64,000 nt of DNA from Deltaproteobacteria bacterium (GCA_016218805.1 JACRCW010000026.1:1-64000), one strand, 5' to 3'; shown: positions 49,796 through 60,050, counted from the first letter of the stretch. Translations and numbers: made by a program. The notes: a model not told the origin generated them from the sequence alone.

Positions 49796-52240
49796 TCAGA
49801 ACGTCTCAAGCTTGAAGGGGAACTTGATGGGCTTGAGCTCGTCACCCGTGTACGCGTCAAACTTCCAGCCCTGGATGGCGCGCGTCAGGCACTTGCCCAC
49901 AAACACCTCCGCAAACTCCTCGCTCTCCACGCTCACGCTGCCCGTGCGCCCGTCCCGCTTGATGATCCAGCTCATCTTCAGCACGCCTTCCGCCTTGGAC
50001 GCGTCGCGCTTGCGCTGGTCCGCCACGCACTTGGTGATGTCGCCCTTGTTGTTCTTCACCACCGTGAGGATGTCTGACTTGGACAGCGTCTCCTTGCCGC
50101 CACCGCCGCCGCCGCCGCCCGACGCCTTCTTGGACTTCTCGTCGCAGCCCTCGGGGTAGAGAATCGGGTCGCAGTCGTCGCGCTTGGGTTTGGGCTTCTC
50201 AGCCTTCCGGGGCTCCTCGCGCGGCGGCGGCTCCTCGTCAATCTTGGCAAACCCGCCCTTCTTCTCGGGCTTCTCTTCGCGCGCGGGCTTCTCCTCGCGG
50301 GCGGGCCGGGTCTCGCGCTCCTTGCGCAGCGGCGGGGACGCGCGCTTCTCCTCGCGCGGCGGTTTTTCCTCGCGCGGGGGTTCGGCGCGGTGAGCGGGCG
50401 GGGCGGGGGCGGGTTGCGCGGCGGGTTGCGCGGGCTGCGCTGCAGGGGCCGGCTGCGCGGGCGCAGGTTGCGCGGCGGTGGGCTGCGCGGCGGGCGCGGG
50501 CTGTGCGGGTGAGGGCTGGGCGGCTGGCGCGGGCTGGGCCGGCGCGTTGGCGGCCACCTGCGTGCCACCGCGCTGCTGGTTGAAGATGGGGCCAAACACC
50601 GGCACCCAGCGCGCCCCCGCGGCGGCCACCACCACCCCCGCCAGCAGCACAAAGGACAGCCCACCCACGCCCATGGCCACCTTGACCACGGGGCTCATGC
50701 CCGCGCGCTGGGCGCTGAACGGCAGGGACGTGGTGGAAGAGCCCAGCGACGCGCTCAGCGGCAGCGGCGCCACCGTGCGTTCGCGGCGGGGACGCTCGGG
50801 TTCCGGCGGCGCCTCCACGGGCGGCGGCAGCGACAGCGACGGCAGCCCCACGCCGCTCTTGCCCAGCAGGTTGGGCAGGGGCGCTTCAATGGAGTCGTCC
50901 TCGGCGGGTGGCGGCCGGTAGGCACCCTCCTCGTCCTTGCCCTTGCCGGCGGCCTTGGGCGGGGTGGACTTCTTCCCCTTGAGGCTGGCCAGCTCGTCGT
51001 CCACCAGGGAAGCCAGCGCGCTGGCGGCACCCGGCGTCCACGACGGCGCCTCCTCCTCCTTGGGCGGGGGCGGCGCGGGCTCGGGCTGGGCGGCCTTGGC
51101 CACGGACGCCTCGGCGGCGCTGGCCGCGCGGTAGACGCTGGTCATGCCGCGGGGCCGCCAGGCCTCGTCCGTGGAGTCATCCGCGGCGGGCATCAGCCCC
51201 ACGCCGGACAGCCCCATGGAGGGCAGCTGTGAAGTGGACGCGCGTACCGCGGCGGCCGGCTCCTCCGCGGCCATGGGCGGCGTGGACTTCTTCTGCGGGG
51301 CCAGCTCCAGCAGGTACTTGAGTTCCTTGACTTCCTTGAGCGGGATCCAATCCGCCATCCCCGTGCGCCAGACCAGGCTTTCGCGGTCCAGGTCTCCCTT
51401 GAGCCAGTGCGCTTCCACCTCCGCCAGCGGCTTGGGCCCCTGCTGCTCATCCCGAATGGCGACGTACCACTCCACCGCGGGCTTGGATTCCGCCACGGGT
51501 GCGCTGCGCGCGGCGGACGCGCCGTTGACGCGCTCTTGCGGTCCGCTGGTGGGCTCCTCCTCGCGCGCCTTGTCCTTGCGCAGCTGCGCCATGGCGGCCT
51601 GCTGCCGGGCCAGCTCCACCTGCTCGGTGGAGTAGACCTTGGTGGGCGCGCGGTCCGTGCCCTCGCCGTTGGCGCCAAACAACCCGTCAAACGCGCCGGC
51701 TATCTCGCTCTCCAGTTCGCCACCGCCCTGGCCCGCGCCGTTGCTTCCGGTCACCGCCGGGGCCGCCGCCGCCGCCGCCGCGCGGTGCTTCTCCACCGCG
51801 GCCTTGATTTGCTCCTGGTTGGCCACCAGCGTCGGGGCGTCTGCCTCGGGTGCGGCGTTCATGTTGGCCGTGGGCTTTTCCTCGGCAAAAGCGGGGCTGG
51901 GCACTGCGTTCTCCAGGCGGGCCCCGGATGGAGCGCTCGGCTGGCGCGTGGGCAAGTTGATCTGAGTCTCCTGGTCCTCACCCGTGCCGTCCTCGGTGGC
52001 TTCCACCGCCGGGAGACTGCTCACGGACAAGGACCGCCTGGCGCCCTCCCCCTCTCCCGCCGCCATCTTGGCCTGGCTGGTGGACCGGGACCTGCCGTCC
52101 TCCTCGCCATTGGCGGCCCTGTCCGGCCGGACAATGATGACGTGACCGCATTTCTTGCACTTCACCTTGACGCCGCGCGTGCCAACCTTCTCATCCGCGA
52201 TGAGGTAGTGGGCCTGACAGTTGTCGCACACGAACTTCAT
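49796..52240 (-). CDS. AgmX/GltJ-like gliding motility protein (Zn ribbon, GYF_2, TM, TonB-C-like)
   Basis: MKFVCDNCQAHYLIADEKV...KCKKC; WYVAIRDEQQGP...LVWRTGMADW; TM helix; C-terminal LSKSDILTVVKNNKGDITKC...CLTRAIQGWKF. Confidence 0.8.
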   Translation of the reverse strand: MKFVCDNCQAHYLIADEKVGTRGVKVKCKKCGHVIIVRPDRAANGEEDGRSRSTSQAKMAAGEGEGARRSLSVSSLPAVEATEDGTGEDQETQINLPTRQPSAPSGARLENAVPSPAFAEEKPTANMNAAPEADAPTLVANQEQIKAAVEKHRAAAAAAAPAVTGSNGAGQGGGELESEIAGAFDGLFGANGEGTDRAPTKVYSTEQVELARQQAAMAQLRKDKAREEEPTSGPQERVNGASAARSAPVAESKPAVEWYVAIRDEQQGPKPLAEVEAHWLKGDLDRESLVWRTGMADWIPLKEVKELKYLLELAPQKKSTPPMAAEEPAAAVRASTSQLPSMGLSGVGLMPAADDSTDEAWRPRGMTSVYRAASAAEASVAKAAQPEPAPPPPKEEEAPSWTPGAASALASLVDDELASLKGKKSTPPKAAGKGKDEEGAYRPPPAEDDSIEAPLPNLLGKSGVGLPSLSLPPPVEAPPEPERPRRERTVAPLPLSASLGSSTTSLPFSAQRAGMSPVVKVAMGVGGLSFVLLAGVVVAAAGARWVPVFGPIFNQQRGGTQVAANAPAQPAPAAQPSPAQPAPAAQPTAAQPAPAQPAPAAQPAQPAAQPAPAPPAHRAEPPREEKPPREEKRASPPLRKERETRPAREEKPAREEKPEKKGGFAKIDEEPPPREEPRKAEKPKPKRDDCDPILYPEGCDEKSKKASGGGGGGGGKETLSKSDILTVVKNNKGDITKCVADQRKRDASKAEGVLKMSWIIKRDGRTGSVSVESEEFAEVFVGKCLTRAIQGWKFDAYTGDELKPIKFPFKLETF

Positions 52241-52406
52241 GGTCGGCCCACGTCCAGGTGACAGCCCATCGCTTCCTCCGTCCAACGGTCCGTTGGAGGG
52301 GAAGATCTGCGTTTCCCATGTGGGATTGTCACGGTAGCCGCCCGTGATGCGCGGGGTCAACTTCGGCAGGTGACGATCCGCACACCGCAGCTTGGGCGGC
52401 GGGCTG

Positions 52407-53696
52407 TCAGCCGGAGGAGGACGTGCCGGCCGCGGAGGACGCGGAACTGGCAGGCGCTGCGGAGGAGGCCGGAGCGGCGCTGCTGGCGGTGCCGGTGCTG
52501 GAGGCCGCGGCGGAGGAGGACGCGGGCGCTGCGCTGCTGGCGGTCCCGGCGCTGCTGGAGACGGCCGCGGCAGACGAACTGCCCGCGGCGGCGCTGCTGG
52601 AGACGTGCGGCGCCGACGAGCTGCCGGTGGTGGGGTTGTCCTCCGTGGGCGCCAGGCCCTGCGGGCTGAAGATGGTGACGCTGTCCGGGAACGCCCAGAT
52701 CTTCATCTTGCCCGCGGAGACCACGGTGCCGTCGGCCAGCTTCACCTTGCCTTCCAACTCGTGCTCAAAGCCCACCTGCGTGACGTTGCCCACCGTGTCG
52801 GCCTCGTAGGCCTTGGCGTTCACCACCGCAAACAGGCCGTCCAGGTTGCTGAATGAGCGCGTGGCGTCAGGCTTGGGGTCTTCCGTGTTGCCGTTGAAGT
52901 AGGTGAGCTTGGCGCGGCGGTCCACGCAGCTGCCGCCCACCGTGGCGCCCGCCACAGAGCGCTGGTTGCAGTCCCGCACCTCCCCGGCAATGGCCGCGCG
53001 GCCCTTGCCGTTGGCGATGTTGCTGCTGTCCTCAATGGTGACGCCCACGAACGACGGGATGGCCGTGTACGTGCCCACGTAGATCATGTTGGCTTCAAAC
53101 TCATACCTGCCGTCCGGCAGCTTGTGCCGGTCATCCCGGATGACGACGTTGTACTGGTAGGTGTCCACCGCCAGCTTGTTGGCGCCGGTCTGCGTGTCAT
53201 AGCTCTTGAAGATGAGCGGCTTGTTGGTGGGGAGGCCGGTGATGGAGTAACTGCCGCCGTCTTCGCACTGGGTGGTGGGGACGTTGGACTGGATGTCCAC
53301 GGTGCCGTGGCGGGGCGTGTCACCCACGGGCGCGGGGCCGGGGTTCTGGTCCCCGCCGTAGACGGCCAGCTTGAGGTTGGGACCCACGCTGTTGCCCACG
53401 CCAAAAATCTTGACGCAGCCATGCACGTTGACCGTCTTGCTGGGCCCCAGGGCCGCGGCGCTGGTGTAGCACCCGAAGTCCGCGGTGTGGTTCTCGACGG
53501 AGCCGGCCTGTGTGGGGGCGGCCACGTTGGGGCCTTCACTGGCGCAGGTGCCGCCGGTGCTGCTGCTGCTGCTGGCGCCGCCGGTGGAGGAACTGGAGCT
53601 GGAGGTGCCGTCCCCGTCGGTGCAGGAGGAGAGCGCCGCCGCCGCGGGCAGGGCAAGGCACAGGACCGCAAGCACGTTTCTCTGCGTCAGGTTCAT
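52407..53696 (-). CDS. Secreted lipoprotein with Ser/Ala-rich repeat tail
   Basis: Lipobox LSSC, Ser linker, Cys-containing beta domains, C-terminal (SSAA)n tail. Confidence 0.75.
   Translation of the reverse strand: MNLTQRNVLAVLCLALPAAAALSSCTDGDGTSSSSSSTGGASSSSSTGGTCASEGPNVAAPTQAGSVENHTADFGCYTSAAALGPSKTVNVHGCVKIFGVGNSVGPNLKLAVYGGDQNPGPAPVGDTPRHGTVDIQSNVPTTQCEDGGSYSITGLPTNKPLIFKSYDTQTGANKLAVDTYQYNVVIRDDRHKLPDGRYEFEANMIYVGTYTAIPSFVGVTIEDSSNIANGKGRAAIAGEVRDCNQRSVAGATVGGSCVDRRAKLTYFNGNTEDPKPDATRSFSNLDGLFAVVNAKAYEADTVGNVTQVGFEHELEGKVKLADGTVVSAGKMKIWAFPDSVTIFSPQGLAPTEDNPTTGSSSAPHVSSSAAAGSSSAAAVSSSAGTASSAAPASSSAAASSTGTASSAAPASSAAPASSASSAAGTSSSG
52410..52625 (-). repeat. Degenerate coding tandem repeats (ASSAAPASSS)
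   Basis: Repeated GCGCTGCTGG/GGAGGA units in the 3' end of the lipoprotein gene. Confidence 0.6.
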
Positions 53697-53855
53697 TGTC
53701 AGCTCCAGGAACGCGCGGGAACGCCCCCGCGGGCGGCGCAACCTACACGGCGCCTCCCCGCGGGCCAAGCGGGCGGGCAGGCCGAAACGCCGTGGTGGCA
53801 GCAGGCCCGGAAGGAGGGGACACGGTTTCTGTGGTCGGGGGCGGCGCCCTGAACG

Positions 53856-54854
53856 TCACTTCGGCGGGACGGCACCACGGGCGCACGCCCGGGCACGCTC
53901 CGGCGGCAGTGCACCGCGCAGGCGCTCCAGCTCCGCGCGTGCGGCACGGCTGTCCACGGCCGCCAGCGCACGGCACGCCGTCCCGGCCGCCTCCGTCTCC
54001 GGGCCCCACGCCAGCACGCCCAGCGCCGGCACCGCATCCTCCAGCCTTGCGGCGCCTGCCAGCCGCGCGGCGTGCATCCGCCCCAGGCCGGGCGGTCCCA
54101 TCAGCAGCGCGGGCAGCGCCGCGCGCGCCATAGCGTCATCCGGGCCCAGCGCGCGCAGCGCGGCCGCCACCACCTCCGGGGGTTCCCACGGACGCAGCAG
54201 GTCCGCCGCAGCGTCCCGCAGCGCCCCCGGGCCGGCGCGTCCCACCGCCTGCAGCCCAGCCACCCGAAGCCCCGCGGGGACGCTGCGCGTCCGCAACCAG
54301 TCCGCCAGCCGCGCCTCCACGGGCCCTTCCAGCTGCAGCGGTTCGGCGGCCAGCGCCAGGTCCAGTGCGGCAGCCCGAGCCAGCCCGGCGGGACCCTCCA
54401 CCAGCATCTCCACCCGAACCGCCTGCCGGGCGGCGGGCGGCGCGCGGCAGAAGCGCGCCAGCCGGTCCACCGCGGGGGCCAGCTCGGCCTCCGTCAGCCA
54501 GGTGACCTCGGACGGGGCCTGGTCCACCGTCCACGCGTCCGGCGGCAGGTCCGCGGGCCGGTGCGGGCTGCGGCGCGCGGGCAGCAGCGGGAACAGCGCG
54601 CGCTGGCCGGGCTGGTAGGCCGTCCCGTGTTCGGCCAGCTGGTGGATGCGGAGCGGGCCGGGCGCGGCGCCATGGCCGCAGGGCACGTGGGTGACCTCCA
54701 GGTCCACCACCACCGCGCCCTCCGCCCCGGGGCTGACCGTGCGAACCACCGCGGCAACGGTGACGGACGCCTGCAGCGCCTGCGCGGAAACCGTGCGCAA
54801 CCCGCTGAACATGTGCCCGGCCACCAGCCCGGCCAGCACTGCCGCGGTGATCAC
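53856..54854 (-). CDS. Secreted HEAT/ARM-like repeat protein
   Basis: Signal-like N-terminus and Ala/Leu-rich helical repeats; GTGA overlap with the DUF721 gene. Confidence 0.55.
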   Translation of the reverse strand: MITAAVLAGLVAGHMFSGLRTVSAQALQASVTVAAVVRTVSPGAEGAVVVDLEVTHVPCGHGAAPGPLRIHQLAEHGTAYQPGQRALFPLLPARRSPHRPADLPPDAWTVDQAPSEVTWLTEAELAPAVDRLARFCRAPPAARQAVRVEMLVEGPAGLARAAALDLALAAEPLQLEGPVEARLADWLRTRSVPAGLRVAGLQAVGRAGPGALRDAAADLLRPWEPPEVVAAALRALGPDDAMARAALPALLMGPPGLGRMHAARLAGAARLEDAVPALGVLAWGPETEAAGTACRALAAVDSRAARAELERLRGALPPERARACARGAVPPK

Positions 54855-55336
54855 GGGTCGCCACCCAGCCGCCCGCGGTAGCGGGACCGGGCAAACGCCG
54901 CGGCCGCGCGCCCCAGCGCTTCGCGGAGCACCGGGTCCGCAATGCCCGCGGCCACCTCACGGCCAAAGCCCTCCGCGCGCGGATCCGCCGGCGCCTCCGG
55001 GGCGGGTGGGGCGGGCAGGTCCGCCGGCCGCGGGCGCAACACGGTGGACAGCGCGCGCAACGGCGCCCCCCGCAGCACCCGGCCCAGCGCGGCCAGCACC
55101 TCCGCGGACCGCCAGTGCAGCTCCTGCCGCCAGGCGGGGTGGTCCGTCGCCACCACCAGTTCGCCGTCCCGGATGACCTCCACCCAGGTGTGCGCGGCCA
55201 TGACCTTGCCCACCACCCGGGGCCAGGCCGCCACCACATCCGCCTGCTGGACCATGTGCTCCAACCCCGCACGCCGCAGGGCGCTGTTCACGGCGGTCTG
55301 CGCGCGCTTGGGCGCGCTGCGGGGGCGGCGGGGCAT
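54851..55336 (-). CDS. DUF721/DciA-family protein
   Basis: WPRVVGKVMAAHT...DGELVVATDHPAWRQEL motif. Confidence 0.8.
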   Translation of the reverse strand: MPRRPRSAPKRAQTAVNSALRRAGLEHMVQQADVVAAWPRVVGKVMAAHTWVEVIRDGELVVATDHPAWRQELHWRSAEVLAALGRVLRGAPLRALSTVLRPRPADLPAPPAPEAPADPRAEGFGREVAAGIADPVLREALGRAAAAFARSRYRGRLGGDP

Positions 55337-55663
55337 GACCCCTCAGACGTTGCCCGAATGACGCATGGCGGCGCAACCCGGCGGCCAGGCCGGGCGCGCG
55401 TGCAGGGGGCTCCCCGTCGAGGACGGCGCCGTGCACCGCGGCGCGCGGGGCCTGGGCGGGCCGGGACAGGGGGTTGGGGGGGATCCGGGTTGGCGGCTGC
55501 CGGGCGGTTGCACCCCACGCCGGGCGTCAGCTACACGGCGCTTCCTTTTCAAGGGTTTCCATCACGCGCGGCCATGGCGGCCGACGGGGCGGGACCCGGT
55601 TGGTGGGCCTCTCCCGGACATTCCGGGCGGCACGCCAGCGTCAGTGGCCTTTGGAGGTGTGGG

Positions 55664-58147
55664 ATGCGCACGGGCAGGATGCAGGGTTTGGTGGGGTTGG
55701 TGCTGGGCGGGATTCCCCTGGCGGCGGCGCTGACGGCTGTGGCCGGGGCGGGTGCCTGCAGCGGGAGCTCCTCAAGCAGTTCTTCTTCTTCCGGCGGCGG
55801 CAGCGTCTGCGGAGACCAGCTGGAATGCCGCATTGCCCGTGACTGCCAGGGCGCCGGGTTTGCGTGCGTGGTGCCGGACGGCGGGACGGGGTGCTGCGTG
55901 AAGGTGGCGTGCACCGCCGACACCGACTGCGCGTCTCCCAAGACCTGCGACCTGCGGCGCGGCCTGTGCGTGGTGGACACGTGCGACCCGAGCTTTGCCA
56001 ACAGCTGCCCGGCCGGCGAGAAGTGCATCAACGGCACGGATCCCGTCACGGGCGAGGTGTCCACGGACTGCGTGCCGGTGGCCAACATCCCGCAGGCCAC
56101 CAAGTGCGAGCTGGACGTGTCCCGCTTCTCGCTGCGCGCCACCCAGACGCGGCAGCTGAGCCCCACTTTCTACAACAACGCGGGCGCACTGGTGCCGTTT
56201 GCCGCCGGGTCCTACGCGTCGTCCGCGGACGGCACGGCCACCGTCAGCACCACCGGCCTGGTCACCGGCGCGGGCGAAGGCACCGCCACCATCACCGTGA
56301 CCCCGCTGGGCACCGGCGCCACGCCGTGCACCGCCACCGTGGAGGTGTACGGGGCACTGGCCGCCAGCGAGGCGCGCGTGGTGGTGTTTGACAACCGCAC
56401 GGGAGCGCCGCTGTCCGGGGTGACGGTGCAACTGGACAAGACCGGTGACACCAGCTCCACGCAGACCACGGACGCCAAGGGCTCGGCCAAGTTCACGGGC
56501 GTGGCCACGGCGGCGGACATTGTTGCGGTGACGGCGTTCCCGGCGGACCACACCTGGGTGACCTACGCGTCTCCCGGCAAGGTGGACCTGGCCATGTACC
56601 TGGACCCGCTGCTGCCCGCGGGCAAGATCGCCGGCGTGTCAGGCACCTTTGACACCAGCCGGGCGCAGCCGCCCACCGGGGACATCAAGCTTGGCCTGGC
56701 GGCGTTCTCCATTGCCGGCGCGCTCAGTGACCTCAACCTGGGCGGACTCATTGGCAAGACGGTGGACACCACCATCACCATTGAGGGCTTTGTGGACAAC
56801 CAGGTGGTGCCGCTGCCCTCCGGCGTGTACCTGAAGCTGCAGAACGACGACGTGAAGGGCCGCGTGGACATGTACGTGGACGGGCCGTGTGGCACGGGCG
56901 CGGACGCCTGCAAGCGCGTGCTGTGGGGCCTGGGTGGCCAGGTGTCCATCAACAAGATCGGGCCCATCATCAATGAGGTGGCCGCGGCCGAAAACGTGGA
57001 CGCGGGCGCCATCCTCTCCGCAGTGCTGCCGTTCTTCCGGAAGTTCTACCACTACGTGGAGGGCGGCTTCTCCCTGACGGACATCAACGCCCCGGCCAAC
57101 GAGGCCGATCCGCCGGGCTTTGCGCAGAACGACGTGGTGGTGAAGCCCAACTACCTGCTGCAGGAGACGGCCATCTGGCAGTTGCCCTCCCTGCCCACGC
57201 TCCCCAGTGACAGCACCCAGCACGTCTCCGGCGCGCTGCTGCTGGCCGGCACGCTGGTGCCCGGTCAGGGCTTTGTGCCGCAGGGCGTGTCCGCCGGGCT
57301 GGACGTGTGCACGGACGGCACCAGCAGCACCTGCATGGTGAGCGAGGCCGCGGACGGCCTGGTGTCCTGCACGGACGATGACACCACCAGCCCGGACGAG
57401 TGCGAGGGCATGGTGGCCGGTGACCTTTCGCTGGACTACGCGCCCCAGCATGACGGCCTGGAGGGCTTCCGCTACGGCGCGGTGGCGGTGGCCCTGGACG
57501 TCAACAGCCTGGGCGCAGGGGGCATGTTCACCTCGGTGCTGGTGGGGTTCTTTGATTCGCTGTCCGGGACCGGCAAGAAGAGCTTCCCCATCAACAGCTT
57601 CCTTGGGTTCAACAAGGGCACGTACACCGCCGCCACCCGCACCTTTGCGGCCACCACCGCGGTGGACGGGTCGGAGTTCTATCGCCTCAACCTGGACACG
57701 GACTCCAAGCCCTGGCTGGTGTACTTTGCGGCCACGGGCGGCACCTTCAGCGTCAAGGTGCCCGCGGTGCCCACCACCATCACCGGGGACCGCACGGAGA
57801 ACCTGGACATCCAGGCGTTCAAGCTGCTGCCCGGCTCAGTGACCGGCGGGCTGCCCGCGTTGGCGGAGTTCAACAGCACCAACTTTGACAAGTTGGTCGA
57901 CTACACGGGCGCGTTCTCCACGCAGGAGTGCACGCCGGCCTACCCGGCCAAGGACTGCCTTGTTGACGGAGACTGCAACTTTGGCGGGTTTGAGGATTTC
58001 ACGTGTGACGGGACCAACAAGGTCTGCGTCAGCTCGGCGCAGGGCGTGACGTTCAAGTCGGGCAGTTGCCCGGCGGGCGCGGTGGAGAAGACCAGCACGG
58101 CGGGCAAGGCCGTGTGCGTCATTCCGCCGGCCTGCGAGTTGAAGTGA
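55664..58147 (+). CDS. Large Cys-rich lipoprotein with Ig-like (Big_2) and carboxypeptidase-regulatory-like domains
   Basis: Lipobox AGAC, Cys-rich repeats at both ends, ATVSTTGLVTGAGEGTATITV Big_2 motif; GGAGG RBS. Confidence 0.8.
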   Translation: MRTGRMQGLVGLVLGGIPLAAALTAVAGAGACSGSSSSSSSSSGGGSVCGDQLECRIARDCQGAGFACVVPDGGTGCCVKVACTADTDCASPKTCDLRRGLCVVDTCDPSFANSCPAGEKCINGTDPVTGEVSTDCVPVANIPQATKCELDVSRFSLRATQTRQLSPTFYNNAGALVPFAAGSYASSADGTATVSTTGLVTGAGEGTATITVTPLGTGATPCTATVEVYGALAASEARVVVFDNRTGAPLSGVTVQLDKTGDTSSTQTTDAKGSAKFTGVATAADIVAVTAFPADHTWVTYASPGKVDLAMYLDPLLPAGKIAGVSGTFDTSRAQPPTGDIKLGLAAFSIAGALSDLNLGGLIGKTVDTTITIEGFVDNQVVPLPSGVYLKLQNDDVKGRVDMYVDGPCGTGADACKRVLWGLGGQVSINKIGPIINEVAAAENVDAGAILSAVLPFFRKFYHYVEGGFSLTDINAPANEADPPGFAQNDVVVKPNYLLQETAIWQLPSLPTLPSDSTQHVSGALLLAGTLVPGQGFVPQGVSAGLDVCTDGTSSTCMVSEAADGLVSCTDDDTTSPDECEGMVAGDLSLDYAPQHDGLEGFRYGAVAVALDVNSLGAGGMFTSVLVGFFDSLSGTGKKSFPINSFLGFNKGTYTAATRTFAATTAVDGSEFYRLNLDTDSKPWLVYFAATGGTFSVKVPAVPTTITGDRTENLDIQAFKLLPGSVTGGLPALAEFNSTNFDKLVDYTGAFSTQECTPAYPAKDCLVDGDCNFGGFEDFTCDGTNKVCVSSAQGVTFKSGSCPAGAVEKTSTAGKAVCVIPPACELK

Positions 58148-58162
58148 GTAGAGTGTGACCGG

Positions 58163-58206
58163 CGGGCGGCGGGTCCTCGTGCGAGGGGCCCCGCCGCCCG
58201 GTTTCC
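58163..58206 (+). terminator. GC-rich hairpin, probable terminator
   Basis: CGGGCGGCGGG...CCCGCCGCCCG stem followed by GTTT. Confidence 0.5.
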
Positions 58207-58296
58207 CGGTTGCGACGTTTTCCATCTGGCTGCAGACGCCGGGCGAGCGCGCGGGCTTTCCTTCCCGCACCTCGGCCGGCAGAGGAATTCAGAATC

Positions 58297-59670
58297 ATGG
58301 CAGACAACCGCTTGGTGTTGGACATCCAGCGTTCCGTGGCACCCCGGGTTCCCGGTGGCGTTCCAGAAGACCGCCTGGTGGGTATGGCGCAGGCCGCCAC
58401 CCGCGCATTTCAGCAGGTGGCGCAGTGGCGTGATGACGGCAAACTGAGCTTTGCCAAACTGCCCAATGACCGCGTGCTGCTGGAGCAGACCCAGCAGATG
58501 GTGAAGGCGGTGCGCGGGCAGTTCCGCGAGTTGGTGGTGGTGGGGATTGGCGGAGCCAGCCTGGGTGCGCGCATGCTGTGCACCGCGCTGGCGCCCAAGC
58601 CCGCCGCCATGAAGGTGCACTTTGTGGACAACGTGGACCCGCGGACGGTGGGCGAGCTGTTTGGCCGCATTGACCCGATGGCCACGGTTTTCAACGTGGT
58701 GTCCAAGAGCGGCAGCACGCTGGAGACCACGGCGCACTTCCTGGTGCTGCGGGACCTGTTGCGCGGGCGGTTTGGGAAGAAGGGGTACGCCGAGCGGGTC
58801 ATTGTCACCACGGACCCGGACAGCGGCCCCCTGCACGCCATTGCCGAGCGCGAGGGGCTGCGCACCCTCACCTTCCCCAAGGACGTGGGCGGGCGTTTCT
58901 CCGTGCTGTCCCCGGCGGGCCTGTTCCCTGCTGCGGCGGCCGGCGTGGACATCAACGCGCTGCTGGACGGCGCGCGCGCCATGATGGACCGCTGCAGCAC
59001 GGACACCGTGCTCAGCAACCCGGCCGCCCTGCTGGCCACCGTGCACTACCTGGCGGACCGCGAAGTGAACCGGCGGGTGAACGTGCTGTGGTCGTATTCG
59101 GATGCGCTGCGGCCGTTCACCGAGTGGTACATCCAACTGTGGGCGCAGAGCCTGGGCAAGCGCCTGAGCCTCAACGGCACGGAGATCCACAACGGGCTGA
59201 CGCCGCTGGCGTGCACCGGCGCCCAGGAACAGCACGGGCTGCTGCAGTTGCTGGTGGAAGGACCGGAGGACAAGCTGGTCACCTTCCTGTCCGTGCTGGA
59301 CCACCAGGCGCACCTGGAGGCGCCACCCGCGCAGGATGTCCCGGAATTCGGGTTTCTGGGCGGGATGGACTTTGGGGCGGTGCTGGAGGCGGGCCGGCGC
59401 AGCTCTGAGCTGGCACTGCAGGAGGTTGGCCGCCCGTCACTGCGCATCACGCTGCCGGTGCTCAACGCGCGCGCCATGGGAGAGCTCATCCACCTGTATG
59501 AACACGCGGCGGCCTTTGCCGGCGCGCTGTACGGCGTGGACCCGTTTGACCAGCCCGGCGTGGAAGAGGGCAAGAAGATCGGGTTTGGGCTCATGGGCCG
59601 CAAGGGGTTTGAGCCGTTTGCGGAGAAGGTGCGCCAGAGCGACCAGAACAGCCGCTGGCGCCTCACCTGA
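58297..59670 (+). CDS. pgi: Glucose-6-phosphate isomerase homolog (catalytic Glu replaced by Gln)
   Basis: GIGGA, SKSGSTLET, VGGRFSVLS, QLWAQSLGK, EQH, PFDQPGVEEGK. Confidence 0.85.
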   Translation: MADNRLVLDIQRSVAPRVPGGVPEDRLVGMAQAATRAFQQVAQWRDDGKLSFAKLPNDRVLLEQTQQMVKAVRGQFRELVVVGIGGASLGARMLCTALAPKPAAMKVHFVDNVDPRTVGELFGRIDPMATVFNVVSKSGSTLETTAHFLVLRDLLRGRFGKKGYAERVIVTTDPDSGPLHAIAEREGLRTLTFPKDVGGRFSVLSPAGLFPAAAAGVDINALLDGARAMMDRCSTDTVLSNPAALLATVHYLADREVNRRVNVLWSYSDALRPFTEWYIQLWAQSLGKRLSLNGTEIHNGLTPLACTGAQEQHGLLQLLVEGPEDKLVTFLSVLDHQAHLEAPPAQDVPEFGFLGGMDFGAVLEAGRRSSELALQEVGRPSLRITLPVLNARAMGELIHLYEHAAAFAGALYGVDPFDQPGVEEGKKIGFGLMGRKGFEPFAEKVRQSDQNSRWRLT

Positions 59671-59760
59671 GTACGCGTCCCCAGAGAAAGCTGATCCTGT
59701 GAGGCGCGCTTGCGTGCGGGGTCCGCCATCGACGGCAGAGGGCGGGCTGTGAACCACGGC

Positions 59761-59951
59761 GTGGGGCGGGGCTCGTCCGGGCTCGTCCCCCGCCCGGTTC
59801 GCTCAACCGCGGGCGCTCCCGCTTCCCTGACCCCATCACCGCACGGAGAGCAGAGTTGAGCCGAATCCTCTCTCTGCGCCACGGCGGAGGAAGTCATCGC
59901 GTCTGAACGGCCCTGCATCTCAATCGGGCGGGGGACGAGCCCCCGCCCTAC
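59761..59951. repeat. Inverted pair of GTRG-type REP-like palindromes (REPIN-like)
   Basis: 59761-59796 reads GTGGGGCGGGGCTCGTCC(GGGCTCGTCC)CCCGCCCG; 59925-59951 is the reverse complement of GTAGGGCGGGGGCTCGTCCCCCGCCCG. Confidence 0.65.
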
Positions 59952-59960
59952 AAGGAACGC

Positions 59961-60050
59961 GCGGAAGCCCGCGGAAACGTGCGGAAATCCGCGAAAACGA
60001 GGAACATCCGCGGAAGCCGCGGAAACGCGCGGAAAGACCTGCGGGAACCA
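59961..60050. repeat. Degenerate ~10-bp tandem repeats GCGGAAnnnn
   Basis: Units start at 59961, 59971, 59981, 59991, 60010, 60019, 60029 and 60041. Confidence 0.7.

Noticed and set aside
59961..60050. CRISPR array
   Set aside because: Units are about 10 bp, with no 25-45 bp unique spacers and no cas genes.
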